64,000 nt of DNA. It comes from Candidatus Micrarchaeota archaeon CG10_big_fil_rev_8_21_14_0_10_45_29. Its GTDB lineage: Archaea; Micrarchaeota; Micrarchaeia; Anstonellales; Anstonellaceae. Made by a program: the position numbers and the translations under genes. The stretch spans positions 53,445 through 117,444 of the forward strand of contig PFCD01000001.1 in NCBI GenBank assembly GCA_002778455.1, written 5' to 3'. Shown here one piece after another: positions 9,230 through 18,797 of this stretch. Under the pieces are notes generated by a model. It searched no databases. It was not told where the DNA came from and saw only the letters and a program-made list of their open reading frames with translations. The number at the start of each line of letters is the position of its first letter. Positions within the stretch are counted from its first letter, which is position 1.

Positions 9230-10336
9230 TTGTTGATGCATATGAAAACAGCCGATATTCATGTAATAGGCGCCGGCCCTTCCGGAATTTTTTCATCCAT
9301 TACGGCGTTAAGGGAAGGAAAAGAGGTTATTTTGAGCGAAGAGCACACATCCGCAGGCGCCCCTGTGCACTGCTCAGGCCTTGTCTCTGCATCAGGGCTT
9401 GAGCAGCTAAAAGACGTTGTTGACTATAAAAAATGCACCCTAAACTCCATAACCAAGGCAAATATGCACGGCAAAGCAGAGAAATTCACCCTCTCATTTC
9501 CATTGCCAAAAGCATATGTAATAGACAGGGGAAAATTCGACTCTCTTGCAATGCAAAAATATGCTGATGAGGGCGGAAAATGCGTTTTTGGCGAGAAAAT
9601 AACCTCTTTTTCCCAATTAAAATCAACAAATATAATAGGCGCAGACGGCCCCATCTCCTCAATAGCCCGCCTCTTTAATTTTCCCCCCATCACCTCTTAT
9701 TGCGGCTGCTGGCAAGGCGAATTCAAATATTCCTGCCCTCAAAAAGACGCGGTAGAGGTGTATTTTAACCCCGAAATTTCCCCCGGCTTTATCGGCTGGG
9801 CAATTCCAATAGATGAGACACACGCAAAAATAGGCTTAGGGGTGGGAAAAAACGAAAACCTCTCACACGCAAAAAAATCCCTTCTCTCCAAGCTGGAAAT
9901 AAAAGATGCCCCAACCCACGAATTTGGCGCCCTTATTCCCCTCTCCCCACGAAAAAAATGCGCACTCTCCCCCATAGTTGCAGGAAAAAAATTCAATATC
10001 TCACTTTGCGGCGACGCCGCCGGGCAGGTAAAAGCCACCTCCGGAGGCGGCATATTCTTTGGCGCCATGTGCGGGCGCCTGGCAGCCATGCACGCGCAAA
10101 ACCCTGCTCTCTATGATAAAGAATGGAGAAAAAAATATGGCATGGATTTGCTTTTGCACCGCTTTTTGCGCCTCGGATTTGACTCCCTTAGCGCGGATGG
10201 CACTGATTTGGGAATAAAGGCGCTAAAACTGATGAAATTCGATTCCCTTCTCATGGAAGCGGGGCAAATGGATGAATATTCCAAAATGCTTTCCTTAAAT
10301 ACCTTAAATGCGTATATGCGTGTGCTCACAAGGTAA
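9230..10336 (+). CDS. FAD-dependent geranylgeranyl reductase family oxidoreductase
   Basis: The N-terminal 'IHVIGAGPSGIFSSITAL' is a GxGxxG Rossmann motif. A 'GDAAGQVKATSGGGI' motif is typical of GGR/digeranylgeranylglycerophospholipid reductases. Confidence 0.75.
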   Translation: MLMHMKTADIHVIGAGPSGIFSSITALREGKEVILSEEHTSAGAPVHCSGLVSASGLEQLKDVVDYKKCTLNSITKANMHGKAEKFTLSFPLPKAYVIDRGKFDSLAMQKYADEGGKCVFGEKITSFSQLKSTNIIGADGPISSIARLFNFPPITSYCGCWQGEFKYSCPQKDAVEVYFNPEISPGFIGWAIPIDETHAKIGLGVGKNENLSHAKKSLLSKLEIKDAPTHEFGALIPLSPRKKCALSPIVAGKKFNISLCGDAAGQVKATSGGGIFFGAMCGRLAAMHAQNPALYDKEWRKKYGMDLLLHRFLRLGFDSLSADGTDLGIKALKLMKFDSLLMEAGQMDEYSKMLSLNTLNAYMRVLTR

Positions 10337-10657
10337 TTTTTATGCGGGCAAATACTTCCAAAATGCTCTCATTAAATACCTTAAATGCGTATATGCGTGT
10401 GCTCACAAGGTAATTTTTATGGCACGAAAATTTGATTTGCACCGAAACCGCGGAGGGGGGCAAACCCCCCTGCTCAAAGCGCCTCGCGCTTTGGCATCCC
10501 AAATCGCAGTGGCGATTTGTAGGATCCCCAGTTTTGAGGTCCTACAAGACGCTCCGCGTCTTGGGATCCCAAAGTGCGTAGCACTTTGTAGGATTCTTTC
10601 CTGCCCCTCCCCCCGTTATACAAGGTAATTTTTATGGCAAGAAAATTTGATTTGCAC
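10280..10657 (+). repeat. Complex local duplication: a 77-bp tandem repeat (10280..10356 / 10357..10433) covering the GGR 3' end plus the PHP-gene start, a 37-bp direct repeat (10406..10442 / 10621..10657), and a 178-bp insert carrying three perfect hairpins
   Basis: Seen directly in the sequence. 'tccaaaatgct(t/c)tc(c/a)ttaaataccttaaatgcgtatatgcgtgtgctcacaaggtaatttttatg' occurs twice. 'caaggtaatttttatggca(c/a)gaaaatttgatttgcac' occurs twice. The hairpins are gggggg-caaa-cccccc, caaatcgc-agtg-gcgatttg and caaagtgc-gta-gcactttg. Confidence 0.8.
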
Positions 10658-11323
10658 ATGCATTCCTCATATTCGCTTGATGCCATAGCCTCGCCCGCCT
10701 CAATTGCAGAGAAATGCTACAATGAGGGGCTTGCCGGCTTTGCAATAACAGACCATGGCAGCATGAAAGGCTATGAAAAAGCAAAAGCATATGTAAAAGA
10801 GGCAAAGCTTCCTATACAGGTAATAGGGGGGTGCGAATTTCTTAGCAATGCGGGAGAGGTAATAGGGCTTTTTATTGAATCAATGCCTCCTGCGCACACA
10901 ATAGCCGACTTTGGCTCTTTATGCGACGCCATACATGATGAAGGAGGCTTTGCAATCCTTCCCCATCCCTTTGATTCTTTTAGAAAACACGTATGCCGCC
11001 CTGACAAGCTTCCATCCGATTTGCTTCGCTTAATAGACGGAATAGAAACATTTAACGCCCGCTCGCGAAAAGTCGAGGACAATTTAAAGGCGCAGGAATG
11101 GGCGCACGGGAAAAATTTGTGCCTCACAGGAGGAAGCGACGCCCACTTCACATTTGAGTGCGCCTCTGCATACACTTGTGTTGAGGGCGATATGCCACTT
11201 GACATTGCTTTGCGCCGAAAAAAAACCTCCCCGGCAGGGGGAAGAACCCCTTTTTATTCGCAAGGGCTGCCAACAATTGCAAAATTCTTGAAAAAGCACG
11301 GCATAATAAAAATGCCAAAATAA
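10634..11323 (+). CDS. PHP (polymerase/histidinol phosphatase) domain metal-dependent phosphoesterase
   Basis: 'DLHMHSSYSLDAIASPASIAEKCYNEGLAGFAITDHGSMKGY' matches the HxH...DH PHP motifs, and the C-terminal 'GGSDAHF' is also PHP-like. Confidence 0.7.
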   Translation: MARKFDLHMHSSYSLDAIASPASIAEKCYNEGLAGFAITDHGSMKGYEKAKAYVKEAKLPIQVIGGCEFLSNAGEVIGLFIESMPPAHTIADFGSLCDAIHDEGGFAILPHPFDSFRKHVCRPDKLPSDLLRLIDGIETFNARSRKVEDNLKAQEWAHGKNLCLTGGSDAHFTFECASAYTCVEGDMPLDIALRRKKTSPAGGRTPFYSQGLPTIAKFLKKHGIIKMPK

Positions 11324-11423
11324 AAATTCTTCAGCCAAAAATATTTCTGCGCATTTTAAAGCACATTTTTCCCTCTTCGTAGTTTTCCCCAGAGTTTTTA
11401 AACAACCTCTCTTTAATTAGCGC

Positions 11424-14400
11424 ATGGGCGTTTTTGCGCAAGCACCCAACAGCCAGAGGGAAGACCATGCTTTTGAGGGCGAGCCGTTGGCAGAAGCTTC
11501 CCCTGCTTTGCGCAATTCTCCAATTTCGCGCACAGACCACACATATGTGAATTTAGAGATGGCATATGCGCGCGCGCAAGCAAAGCAAACCTCTATAGAG
11601 AATAAGCAGCAGGATTTCACAATGCTCTCGCGCCAGCTCTCCCTTTCGCGCTTTTCCCCAGAATCTTCATTTCCCGCGCAGGATGAGAAATCCATAATAG
11701 AGAAAATGAATTTGCTTGCCATCTCCTCAATTTCCAGCACAAATATTCCAGAATTTATTTCCCAATACGCGCAGCCCTTTATAAAAATAGCAAAAGATGC
11801 CGGATTAACCGACATCGCGCAAAAAATTGAAAATTATGCAAAAATTCTTGCAGAAACCACGCGCATAAATATCTCCTCCTCCCCGCGCCTTCAAAACCTT
11901 GGCAATTTGCTCTCTTTCAGGCCCGCCGACGTTTTTGAGGCAATAAAATATTGCACATTTCTCACTTCCGAGAAAAAAGTATCCCTTCTCTCCTCCCTCT
12001 CACAGTTCTCGCCAGAATATCTGCCCCCTTCCCAAAATTTTGCAACAGAGGAGGCGGCGCTAAAGCAAATAGAGCTTGCCTCAAATATCTCAACAGCGCG
12101 CACCTTTGCCCAGGATTACACAATCGCAAGCATAGGCGGCATAAAATCATTGCGCTTTCTTGGCACAGAAATCTGGTTTTCCCCGCAAGAAAAGAATTCC
12201 TTAATAGAGAAAATATGGGATGAAAATAAGCTTGCGCGCGAAGGAAAAGAATTGCAGGAGGAAAACATTCCTGAAAATATTGCCCAATGCTCGCTTGATT
12301 ATTGCAATTCCGCCCTCGCATATGCAAATTACATCTCTGTCACAACCTCAAGCAACGACATATTGGGCTTTGTATCCGACTTTGCAGTTGAGGCAAACGA
12401 TGCCATAAACAATATAGCCAAATTGCAGCTTGAGGGCGCGCCAAAGCTTGAAATAGTGGAAGAGCTGATAAAATTCGAAGAATTTTTCCAAAACTGCCAG
12501 TCCCTTGTGGCAGAGCAGGCGCACTATGAATCCCTTTACAAGCAGGCAGGCAACAACCCATTTCTCAACGCCCTTGTATGGGCAAACAGAAACGGGCACA
12601 CCGCCAACCTGTGGATGGCATTCGGGATGTCACTTTACAATCCTGTATTAGGGCAGGCGGCATTTGGGATGCTTGGTGCGCGCGACATAAAAGAGGGAAT
12701 AGAAACAAAGGATTTTAACCGAATAATATTCGGAACCGCAATGCTTGCAGGCATGTCCCAAAACCCGCTCATATCCGGCGCCTCGCACTCTTACATCCAG
12801 CTCTCAATAGGAAAAGACGCGCTTTACCTGGCAGATGACATAAACATAAACGGGGTAAATCCGCGCAACCTCCAATCTCTCCTTGACCTCTCAATCCTAT
12901 CTTTGGGGGTGCTCAACTCGCGCGCACAGGAAAAATATTCTCCCCATGATTTTCGCTATGGGGGGCCGCGAGCGCAATTCTCCGCCCCCGCGCAGCTGCC
13001 GTGGTTCACAGAGCTTTTTAACCTGGAATATTTTCGCAACAAAAATTTTGCTGCTTTGGCAGACGCAATAAAAAAGAACACCGAAATAAAATCCCCCCAA
13101 AACGACGAGGGAATAGTGCGCCACATTGCAATCCTCTCAAAATCCTTTAATGAACAGGAAATATCTCAAATTTGCTCGCGCATCTCACAAGATAAAAACA
13201 CCTCCTGCCTTATGGATGCGAACTTCCTTCTTTCCGTGGAGCTGAAAACTCAGGGCATGCACTGGGAAAACGCAGGGGGGGTAAATTATTTGCGCCCCGG
13301 CAAAGAGCCCGCCCCCCGCGAGCCGGTAGGCGGCACGGCATTTATCCCGAAAAAAAGCGGCGGCGAGCAAAAGCCCCGCATTGAGGAAAATTCTTCCCTA
13401 CTGCAAGATGAAACTATTGCAAAAAAGCTTGCAGATGCCGGGATAACAGAGAAGGCAATGCAAAGAATAGAATCGCTTGAAGGATACACTCCCGAAGCAA
13501 AAGAAATATTGCGGGAAATTATCTCAAAATCCCCTCAAGAAAGCCTAATGGTAAACTTTTATGCATTTGAATCCATCCTTGGGAAAGGCCCGCTTCCCGA
13601 AAATGTAATTTCTGCCCTAAAGACACAAATCTCAATCTGCCCTGCAGAAAATCTCCTAAACTTTCTTGTTATGGTTGAGAAGGCGCACCCTCTTCTCATA
13701 GATGAATACGGCTCAGAGCTTTCCTTCCCCATCATGGAGATGCTCCAAAACCCGAACCTATCCTCATATCCGCTCTGGAGGGATTTCCTCTTCTCCCTAA
13801 AACAGGGGGAATCATACCTCTCTCATGCCTCTGCTTTTCTTACGCTCAGTTCTATCCTAAAGAGCAGTTATTTCAAGCCCGAACACTGGAGTTTGCTTCA
13901 CAAACTGCACAATAAAACCGACATCAAGCAAAATGCAGATGTTCTCAAAGAGTTTTTCAAACTGCTTGAGGGGGGGCATCTCTCGCCAGAAAATATTCAA
14001 AATTTAAATTCTTTTCTGGATTTTATGCCCCGCATCAATAAGCTCTCTATGATAGAATTCAGGGAAAGGGCGGAAAGGAGCGGATATGACTTTGACAACT
14101 CCTTCCAATTGGCGCAAAGCTACAGGGAGCGTTTTTCTTTGGGAAAAGATGTGTGGGGGGACTGGGCATTAAACCTTCTATCTAATGTGGATGCCATCAA
14201 GCAGCTTGATGCTCTGAACCTGAAGGCAGCCGACTTTCTTTGCAAAAACCAGGGAATCCGCTTTTTTGGAAGGTATGATGCAGGCGTTCTTTTGAGGCAG
14301 TATGAAAATTACGGAAAACGCGATTCCTCAAAGCCGCTGATGCTTGCCATCAATGCCCTTTCGGATTACAGCGGAGCCATTTCCCTTGTCAGAAACAACA

Positions 14401-17400
14401 TAAGCTACCTTGACCAAAACCTTGACATTAAAATTTATGAGGCAAGCTCGCCTTTTTCAGCCGCAAGAAGCATTGTTGATACATACAACAACTACGGCCC
14501 TATATCTACTCTCTGGGTAGGCGGGCACGGAGATGTGGGAAGCATAAGGTTTGGGCACGCCTGGCCTGCCGGGCTCATAACCGCGCAGCAAATCGCAAGC
14601 GGATCAGATCTTGGGCGCTATTTCATCTCCCATCCCTCGGTTATTTTTGTGAGCTGCAGCACAGGCATTGATTTACCGGGAGGATTTGCAAATACAGCCA
14701 GTGGCAGGTATAATGGAATTTTCTATGCGCCACAGGGAGAAACCCTTCTTGACAACATAACCTACAAAGGGTTAGATGAAAATTCTACTCCCCTATTTGA
14801 CATAAGATGGTCAGTTTCTCCAGGATCAATATTTTCCGAAGGAAAGCCCTCTTCCCCAAAAACACAAAATCCAAACATCCAATTCCCTGTAGGCGGCACG
14901 GCATTTGTGCCCGCCCCGCCAAAAAGAATTTCCGCCCCGATAGATTTTGAGCGCACTTTAGCCCCAAAAAGCGCGGACGACATAAAATTTGAGCTTAATA
15001 CCCTTCTTTCCAATTTGCGCTCGCTTGAGCAAACGGCAAAAGATTTTTCAGATGATTTTAAAATGGGGCAATTAAACCAAAACATGCTCAATTCCCTTCA
15101 AAAGCAGCTAAAAGCCCTTGAGCAGGACGCAAAATTCGTACAAGAGCCGGCAGAATCCGCCCTTATCGCATCCAAAATAGCCAACGCAAAGCTGCTAATC
15201 GCAAATACGCAATACCATCTCTCACATGAGCCTGTCGGCGGAGTTGCAAAAAAGCCCCCCTCGGCAATTGAAATAGGTTTAGACGGAAAGCCTACTGGCA
15301 GAAATATAAATTTAGAAACTACTTATACTCCAGAATATTTTGAAGGAAGATTGGCAATAGACCAAACCACTCCATACATAGAGCTTGCAGAAGGAAAAGC
15401 GTTAGAAATATACAGGCGAAGCGACTTTAACGATTATTTTCTTTTGCAAAGAAAAGGAAATGAGCTTGAAATAAGCTGCATCTCGCAAAATTTCAGCCCA
15501 GAGCAATATATGGAAAACCTTGGCTACCAAAAAACATCGATATATGTATACAGGGCGCAAGAGCCGTCTGTACGACAAGTAATTGATGGCGCAACAACTC
15601 TAAAAAAAGGCGACAGAGTAGTATTTAGCTTCGGAGCCCCGGAAGGACAATCCCCCTCATTTATATTTGACGGCAAAAAGCTTGTAAATTCTGCAGAGCA
15701 GGGCTGGAAAGCAAGCCAGCCTGTCGGCGGAGTTGCACACAAGCAGAATGTGCAGCCAACAAAAATAATCCCTCTACAGGCAAAAATGGAAAATTTCTCA
15801 AACAGCCAGGAAAAGCTAAAACTTCACCTCCATGACTGGAAAAGCTCTGCATATAATGCATATAACTCCAGCAAGTTAATTCTTGATGACATATCCCGCC
15901 TAAAAAACTCCGGGGTAATGGATGCGCGCCTTGATTTGCTTGAGCAAAAATTCAAATCCCATTTGCAGGTGCTTGATGCCCCCTCAAACACCATAAAAAA
16001 CGAATTTGAGTCAAGAATGCGAGAGCCGACACAGGAGGGCACGCAGGAGCTTTTGGGCATAATGAAAAAAAACACCTCCCAAATCCTTGATTATATCAGC
16101 AACTCAACCCTTAAGGCAGACATAAAAGAGCTTGAGTTAATATTGCGCGACAATTCCAAAACAAGCGCAGAGGCAAAAACAATCCTTGAGGAAACCGTGC
16201 AAAAGAGCAAAAATACAAACCTCTCCGCAATTGATGAGATGGGCTCAACCCTTCCATCCTACCTTGAGCCAACATACGACGTTTCTCAAATATCTTTCGG
16301 AGGGGTAAGCCAACTCTCGCTTGAGAGCACGCAACTCTCCCCGCTTGTAGAGAAAGCAATAGCTTCCCAGAGTGCATCCTATCCCAAAATAAAAATAAGT
16401 GTGGAGGGGCTCTCCCCCGAAATTTATGCGATGGTTGATGCGCAGGCATTCTCCTCAATTGTGGGAAACATGCTTGCAAATTCCCTCAAATACACCGCAG
16501 AATATGCCTCCAAAAACCCGGGCGCATTTCCCGATGGGCAGGAAATAAAACTTTCCTTGCGGCAAAACGATTATGGAAGCGGCTTTCGCACCCTTGAGAT
16601 AACTGTTGAGGATTTTGCCTCCGGCATGACTTATGAGCAGGCGGCAAGCGCATTTGAGGGCAAGCCAAGCACAAACGCGGTCGGCTCCTCAACAGGGCTT
16701 GCGATGAGCACTTCGCAGAAGCTTGCGCAAATGATGGAAGGGGATTTGCGCATCGACTCGCGGGGGCGAGCTTCAGGGGAGCCCTCAACAAAATTCACTT
16801 TTGAGATTCCGCTCAAATCCCAAGAAGCCCTCAACATAGAATCTGACATGGGCATAAGCATTGAGCCGTCCCAAAAACCCGGAAAATTTGATATTTATAT
16901 CGGAGAAGGGCAATCAAAGGCGTATGCCGGCTCTTTTTCGCAAGAGCGCGCCGCCCTTTTCAAATCCCAGTTCCTCATATACCAGCAAAACTTTCCAGAT
17001 ATTCTTCTCCCGGAAATATCTCATAGCATACAAAGCATTGACGGGCTAATGTCTGCCTTTGGAAAATGGAGGGTAAAGCAGAGCAGCGGGGACATGGCGA
17101 ATTACCTCGAATACCTTAATTCCAATTCCCTGCACCACTCTTTTGAGCCGTATTTTGAGCAAATAAAATCAACTCTCAATTCCATGGGATACGAATACAC
17201 TAATGGGCAGATTCCTGTCCGCTACCAGGGAAGCGCCCCAGTCTTTATGTTTAGCACGGATGGAAAGCTTGGAAAGAAAGAGTTTGTCCTAAAAATAAAA
17301 GACGGGCTGGAGGAGGAGATTGCCTCTAAAGTTCTAAACCTTTTCGGGAGAAATACCCATGCCATTTACTCCCCTTCAAAAGATTTTTGCATAATGGAAA

Positions 17401-17972
17401 AGCTTGACATATCCACCCCTGAGGAGGTATTTCTCTCAGGAAGGCCAGCAGAACTGTCCGGCTTGCTCTCCGAAGGGGAGGAAAAATCAGAATACCTAAA
17501 GCAAAGGGGCTCATGGGCGGCAGATGAACTCTTCTTTGCCCTTGGCGACGGGCACACGAGAAATTACATGCTTCTGGATTCAAAAGGCACTCTTGCAAGG
17601 ATAGACTTTCAGGCATTCGGATATTCAAATCCCTCTCCCCTGCATTCCATGGAGCTTAATCACCTGTGGGGATATTTTCGTTCTGAGGGCTCTATACGCC
17701 CAGAGCTTAAAGGAGCCTTCATGGAACGTTGGACAGAGTTGCAGCTCATGCTCTCAGAACCTTCTGTCCGACAGGAGCTTCTCTCAATATATGAGGGATA
17801 TTTCTCAAATCCGAATTACAAGCAGCGCCTTCTGAGCATAGCACCCGAAAACGCCTACTCGCGGCCTTTTTATAATCTAACTCCAAAACAAATAGTGGAC
17901 AACCTCTCCAAAAACCTGCAGTTTGATGCAGAGATTGCATGGGAGAGATTTTCAGGTGAATATGCAAGATGA
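11424..17972 (+). CDS. Giant (2182 aa) multidomain protein with four PVGG(T/V)A motifs, a putative clan-CD (caspase/CHAT-like) His-Cys dyad, a GHKL/HATPase_c domain and a possible kinase-like C-terminus
   Basis: It is a single uninterrupted 6.5-kb ORF. The HATPase_c N-box is 'IVGNMLANSLKYT', the G1-like motif is 'EDFASGM' and the G2 motif is 'GSSTGLAMS'. 'WVGGHGDVGS...VIFVSCSTG' looks like a His/Cys protease dyad. The C-terminal 'LGDGHTRNYMLLDSKGTLARIDFQAFG' is reminiscent of kinase catalytic and DFG loops. No H-box was found. Confidence 0.65.
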   Translation: MGVFAQAPNSQREDHAFEGEPLAEASPALRNSPISRTDHTYVNLEMAYARAQAKQTSIENKQQDFTMLSRQLSLSRFSPESSFPAQDEKSIIEKMNLLAISSISSTNIPEFISQYAQPFIKIAKDAGLTDIAQKIENYAKILAETTRINISSSPRLQNLGNLLSFRPADVFEAIKYCTFLTSEKKVSLLSSLSQFSPEYLPPSQNFATEEAALKQIELASNISTARTFAQDYTIASIGGIKSLRFLGTEIWFSPQEKNSLIEKIWDENKLAREGKELQEENIPENIAQCSLDYCNSALAYANYISVTTSSNDILGFVSDFAVEANDAINNIAKLQLEGAPKLEIVEELIKFEEFFQNCQSLVAEQAHYESLYKQAGNNPFLNALVWANRNGHTANLWMAFGMSLYNPVLGQAAFGMLGARDIKEGIETKDFNRIIFGTAMLAGMSQNPLISGASHSYIQLSIGKDALYLADDININGVNPRNLQSLLDLSILSLGVLNSRAQEKYSPHDFRYGGPRAQFSAPAQLPWFTELFNLEYFRNKNFAALADAIKKNTEIKSPQNDEGIVRHIAILSKSFNEQEISQICSRISQDKNTSCLMDANFLLSVELKTQGMHWENAGGVNYLRPGKEPAPREPVGGTAFIPKKSGGEQKPRIEENSSLLQDETIAKKLADAGITEKAMQRIESLEGYTPEAKEILREIISKSPQESLMVNFYAFESILGKGPLPENVISALKTQISICPAENLLNFLVMVEKAHPLLIDEYGSELSFPIMEMLQNPNLSSYPLWRDFLFSLKQGESYLSHASAFLTLSSILKSSYFKPEHWSLLHKLHNKTDIKQNADVLKEFFKLLEGGHLSPENIQNLNSFLDFMPRINKLSMIEFRERAERSGYDFDNSFQLAQSYRERFSLGKDVWGDWALNLLSNVDAIKQLDALNLKAADFLCKNQGIRFFGRYDAGVLLRQYENYGKRDSSKPLMLAINALSDYSGAISLVRNNISYLDQNLDIKIYEASSPFSAARSIVDTYNNYGPISTLWVGGHGDVGSIRFGHAWPAGLITAQQIASGSDLGRYFISHPSVIFVSCSTGIDLPGGFANTASGRYNGIFYAPQGETLLDNITYKGLDENSTPLFDIRWSVSPGSIFSEGKPSSPKTQNPNIQFPVGGTAFVPAPPKRISAPIDFERTLAPKSADDIKFELNTLLSNLRSLEQTAKDFSDDFKMGQLNQNMLNSLQKQLKALEQDAKFVQEPAESALIASKIANAKLLIANTQYHLSHEPVGGVAKKPPSAIEIGLDGKPTGRNINLETTYTPEYFEGRLAIDQTTPYIELAEGKALEIYRRSDFNDYFLLQRKGNELEISCISQNFSPEQYMENLGYQKTSIYVYRAQEPSVRQVIDGATTLKKGDRVVFSFGAPEGQSPSFIFDGKKLVNSAEQGWKASQPVGGVAHKQNVQPTKIIPLQAKMENFSNSQEKLKLHLHDWKSSAYNAYNSSKLILDDISRLKNSGVMDARLDLLEQKFKSHLQVLDAPSNTIKNEFESRMREPTQEGTQELLGIMKKNTSQILDYISNSTLKADIKELELILRDNSKTSAEAKTILEETVQKSKNTNLSAIDEMGSTLPSYLEPTYDVSQISFGGVSQLSLESTQLSPLVEKAIASQSASYPKIKISVEGLSPEIYAMVDAQAFSSIVGNMLANSLKYTAEYASKNPGAFPDGQEIKLSLRQNDYGSGFRTLEITVEDFASGMTYEQAASAFEGKPSTNAVGSSTGLAMSTSQKLAQMMEGDLRIDSRGRASGEPSTKFTFEIPLKSQEALNIESDMGISIEPSQKPGKFDIYIGEGQSKAYAGSFSQERAALFKSQFLIYQQNFPDILLPEISHSIQSIDGLMSAFGKWRVKQSSGDMANYLEYLNSNSLHHSFEPYFEQIKSTLNSMGYEYTNGQIPVRYQGSAPVFMFSTDGKLGKKEFVLKIKDGLEEEIASKVLNLFGRNTHAIYSPSKDFCIMEKLDISTPEEVFLSGRPAELSGLLSEGEEKSEYLKQRGSWAADELFFALGDGHTRNYMLLDSKGTLARIDFQAFGYSNPSPLHSMELNHLWGYFRSEGSIRPELKGAFMERWTELQLMLSEPSVRQELLSIYEGYFSNPNYKQRLLSIAPENAYSRPFYNLTPKQIVDNLSKNLQFDAEIAWERFSGEYAR

Positions 17973-18673
17973 CAAGCAAACATCCAATACGAGCAATAAA
18001 TTCGGACCTTGTGCATACAATAGTTTCTCATATGCCTGCAATAACAAATTTGGGCAAAGCATTTGAAAAACTGGGGCCGCTGGAGCACAAGGTAAGCAAT
18101 CGGGGCTGGACCCAGCTGCGCACCGACTTTCTGCTTCATCAGGGGCCGTATCCATGGCAAGGGGAGCAAAAAGCCCAAGGCATAGAGGAGGCCGATCTTG
18201 CCTCCAGCATCAAAACACTGGCAAAATCCCTTGACATGAAAGAAATTATTATAGGAAAAACTCTTGCATATAATAATGAAAAAAATTCATTGCTTCTCTC
18301 CCCTGACGGGGCAGCCGCAGCCGCAATAATGCAATATTACATGGGAGAAGAAATCTCCCTTGCAAAGTCTCTCATAAAAAGCATAGTAAAAGGAAATACG
18401 GGATATCTCCTCCTACAAGAGCCAAGAAGGGCAGCCGCTGCGTATTTCTTTTTGCACATAGCCGCCAACGGAATAGACGGCGCCCTTTGTGATTTGCGGG
18501 TTTCTCAAGCATACTCTGCAGAGCTGCACTCAAAATCTCTTTACCTTCCAAAGAATTTCTATTTTGAGTTAAATCGCATCCACCTAAACTTTTTGGAATC
18601 CCTGCTGCGCGGGGACGGGGCAACCTTTTATGAATACCTAACCTCTACCTCAAGCCCCTCTTTCAAATCATAA
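17969..18673 (+). CDS. Hypothetical protein, translationally coupled (ATGA overlap) to the giant gene
   Basis: It is a 234-aa ORF with no recognisable domain. Its start overlaps the upstream stop by 4 nt. Confidence 0.4.
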   Translation: MTSKHPIRAINSDLVHTIVSHMPAITNLGKAFEKLGPLEHKVSNRGWTQLRTDFLLHQGPYPWQGEQKAQGIEEADLASSIKTLAKSLDMKEIIIGKTLAYNNEKNSLLLSPDGAAAAAIMQYYMGEEISLAKSLIKSIVKGNTGYLLLQEPRRAAAAYFFLHIAANGIDGALCDLRVSQAYSAELHSKSLYLPKNFYFELNRIHLNFLESLLRGDGATFYEYLTSTSSPSFKS

Positions 18674-18797
18674 AACGCAAACCCTCAGCAAGGGCATAAC
18701 TATCCTCGTTTCCATATGTACCTTCTCCATTAAACTCCGCACCCTTCAGCGGATTTCCGCCCCACCTCTTTTAAATCTGGTTTTCCATTATCCCCTT

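Noticed and set aside
10443-10620. Possible mini-CRISPR array (two similar roughly 35-bp hairpin repeats)
   Set aside because: There are only two copies, they are imperfect, and there is no regular spacer architecture and no cas genes in the window.
10308-10628. 106-aa plus-strand ORF spanning the hairpin-containing insert
   Set aside because: It reads through duplicated gene fragments and palindromic hairpins. The region is best explained as a non-coding insertion or duplication.
12340-17628. Numerous 60-120-aa minus-strand ORFs within the giant gene
   Set aside because: They are all nested antisense to a continuous 2182-aa ORF. There is no independent support.
11424-17972. Calling the giant protein a classical two-component sensor histidine kinase
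   Set aside because: The HATPase_c domain is present, but no H-box/DHp ('HE(L/I)RTPL'-like) or receiver domain could be found. It is better described as a GHKL ATPase-containing multidomain protein.
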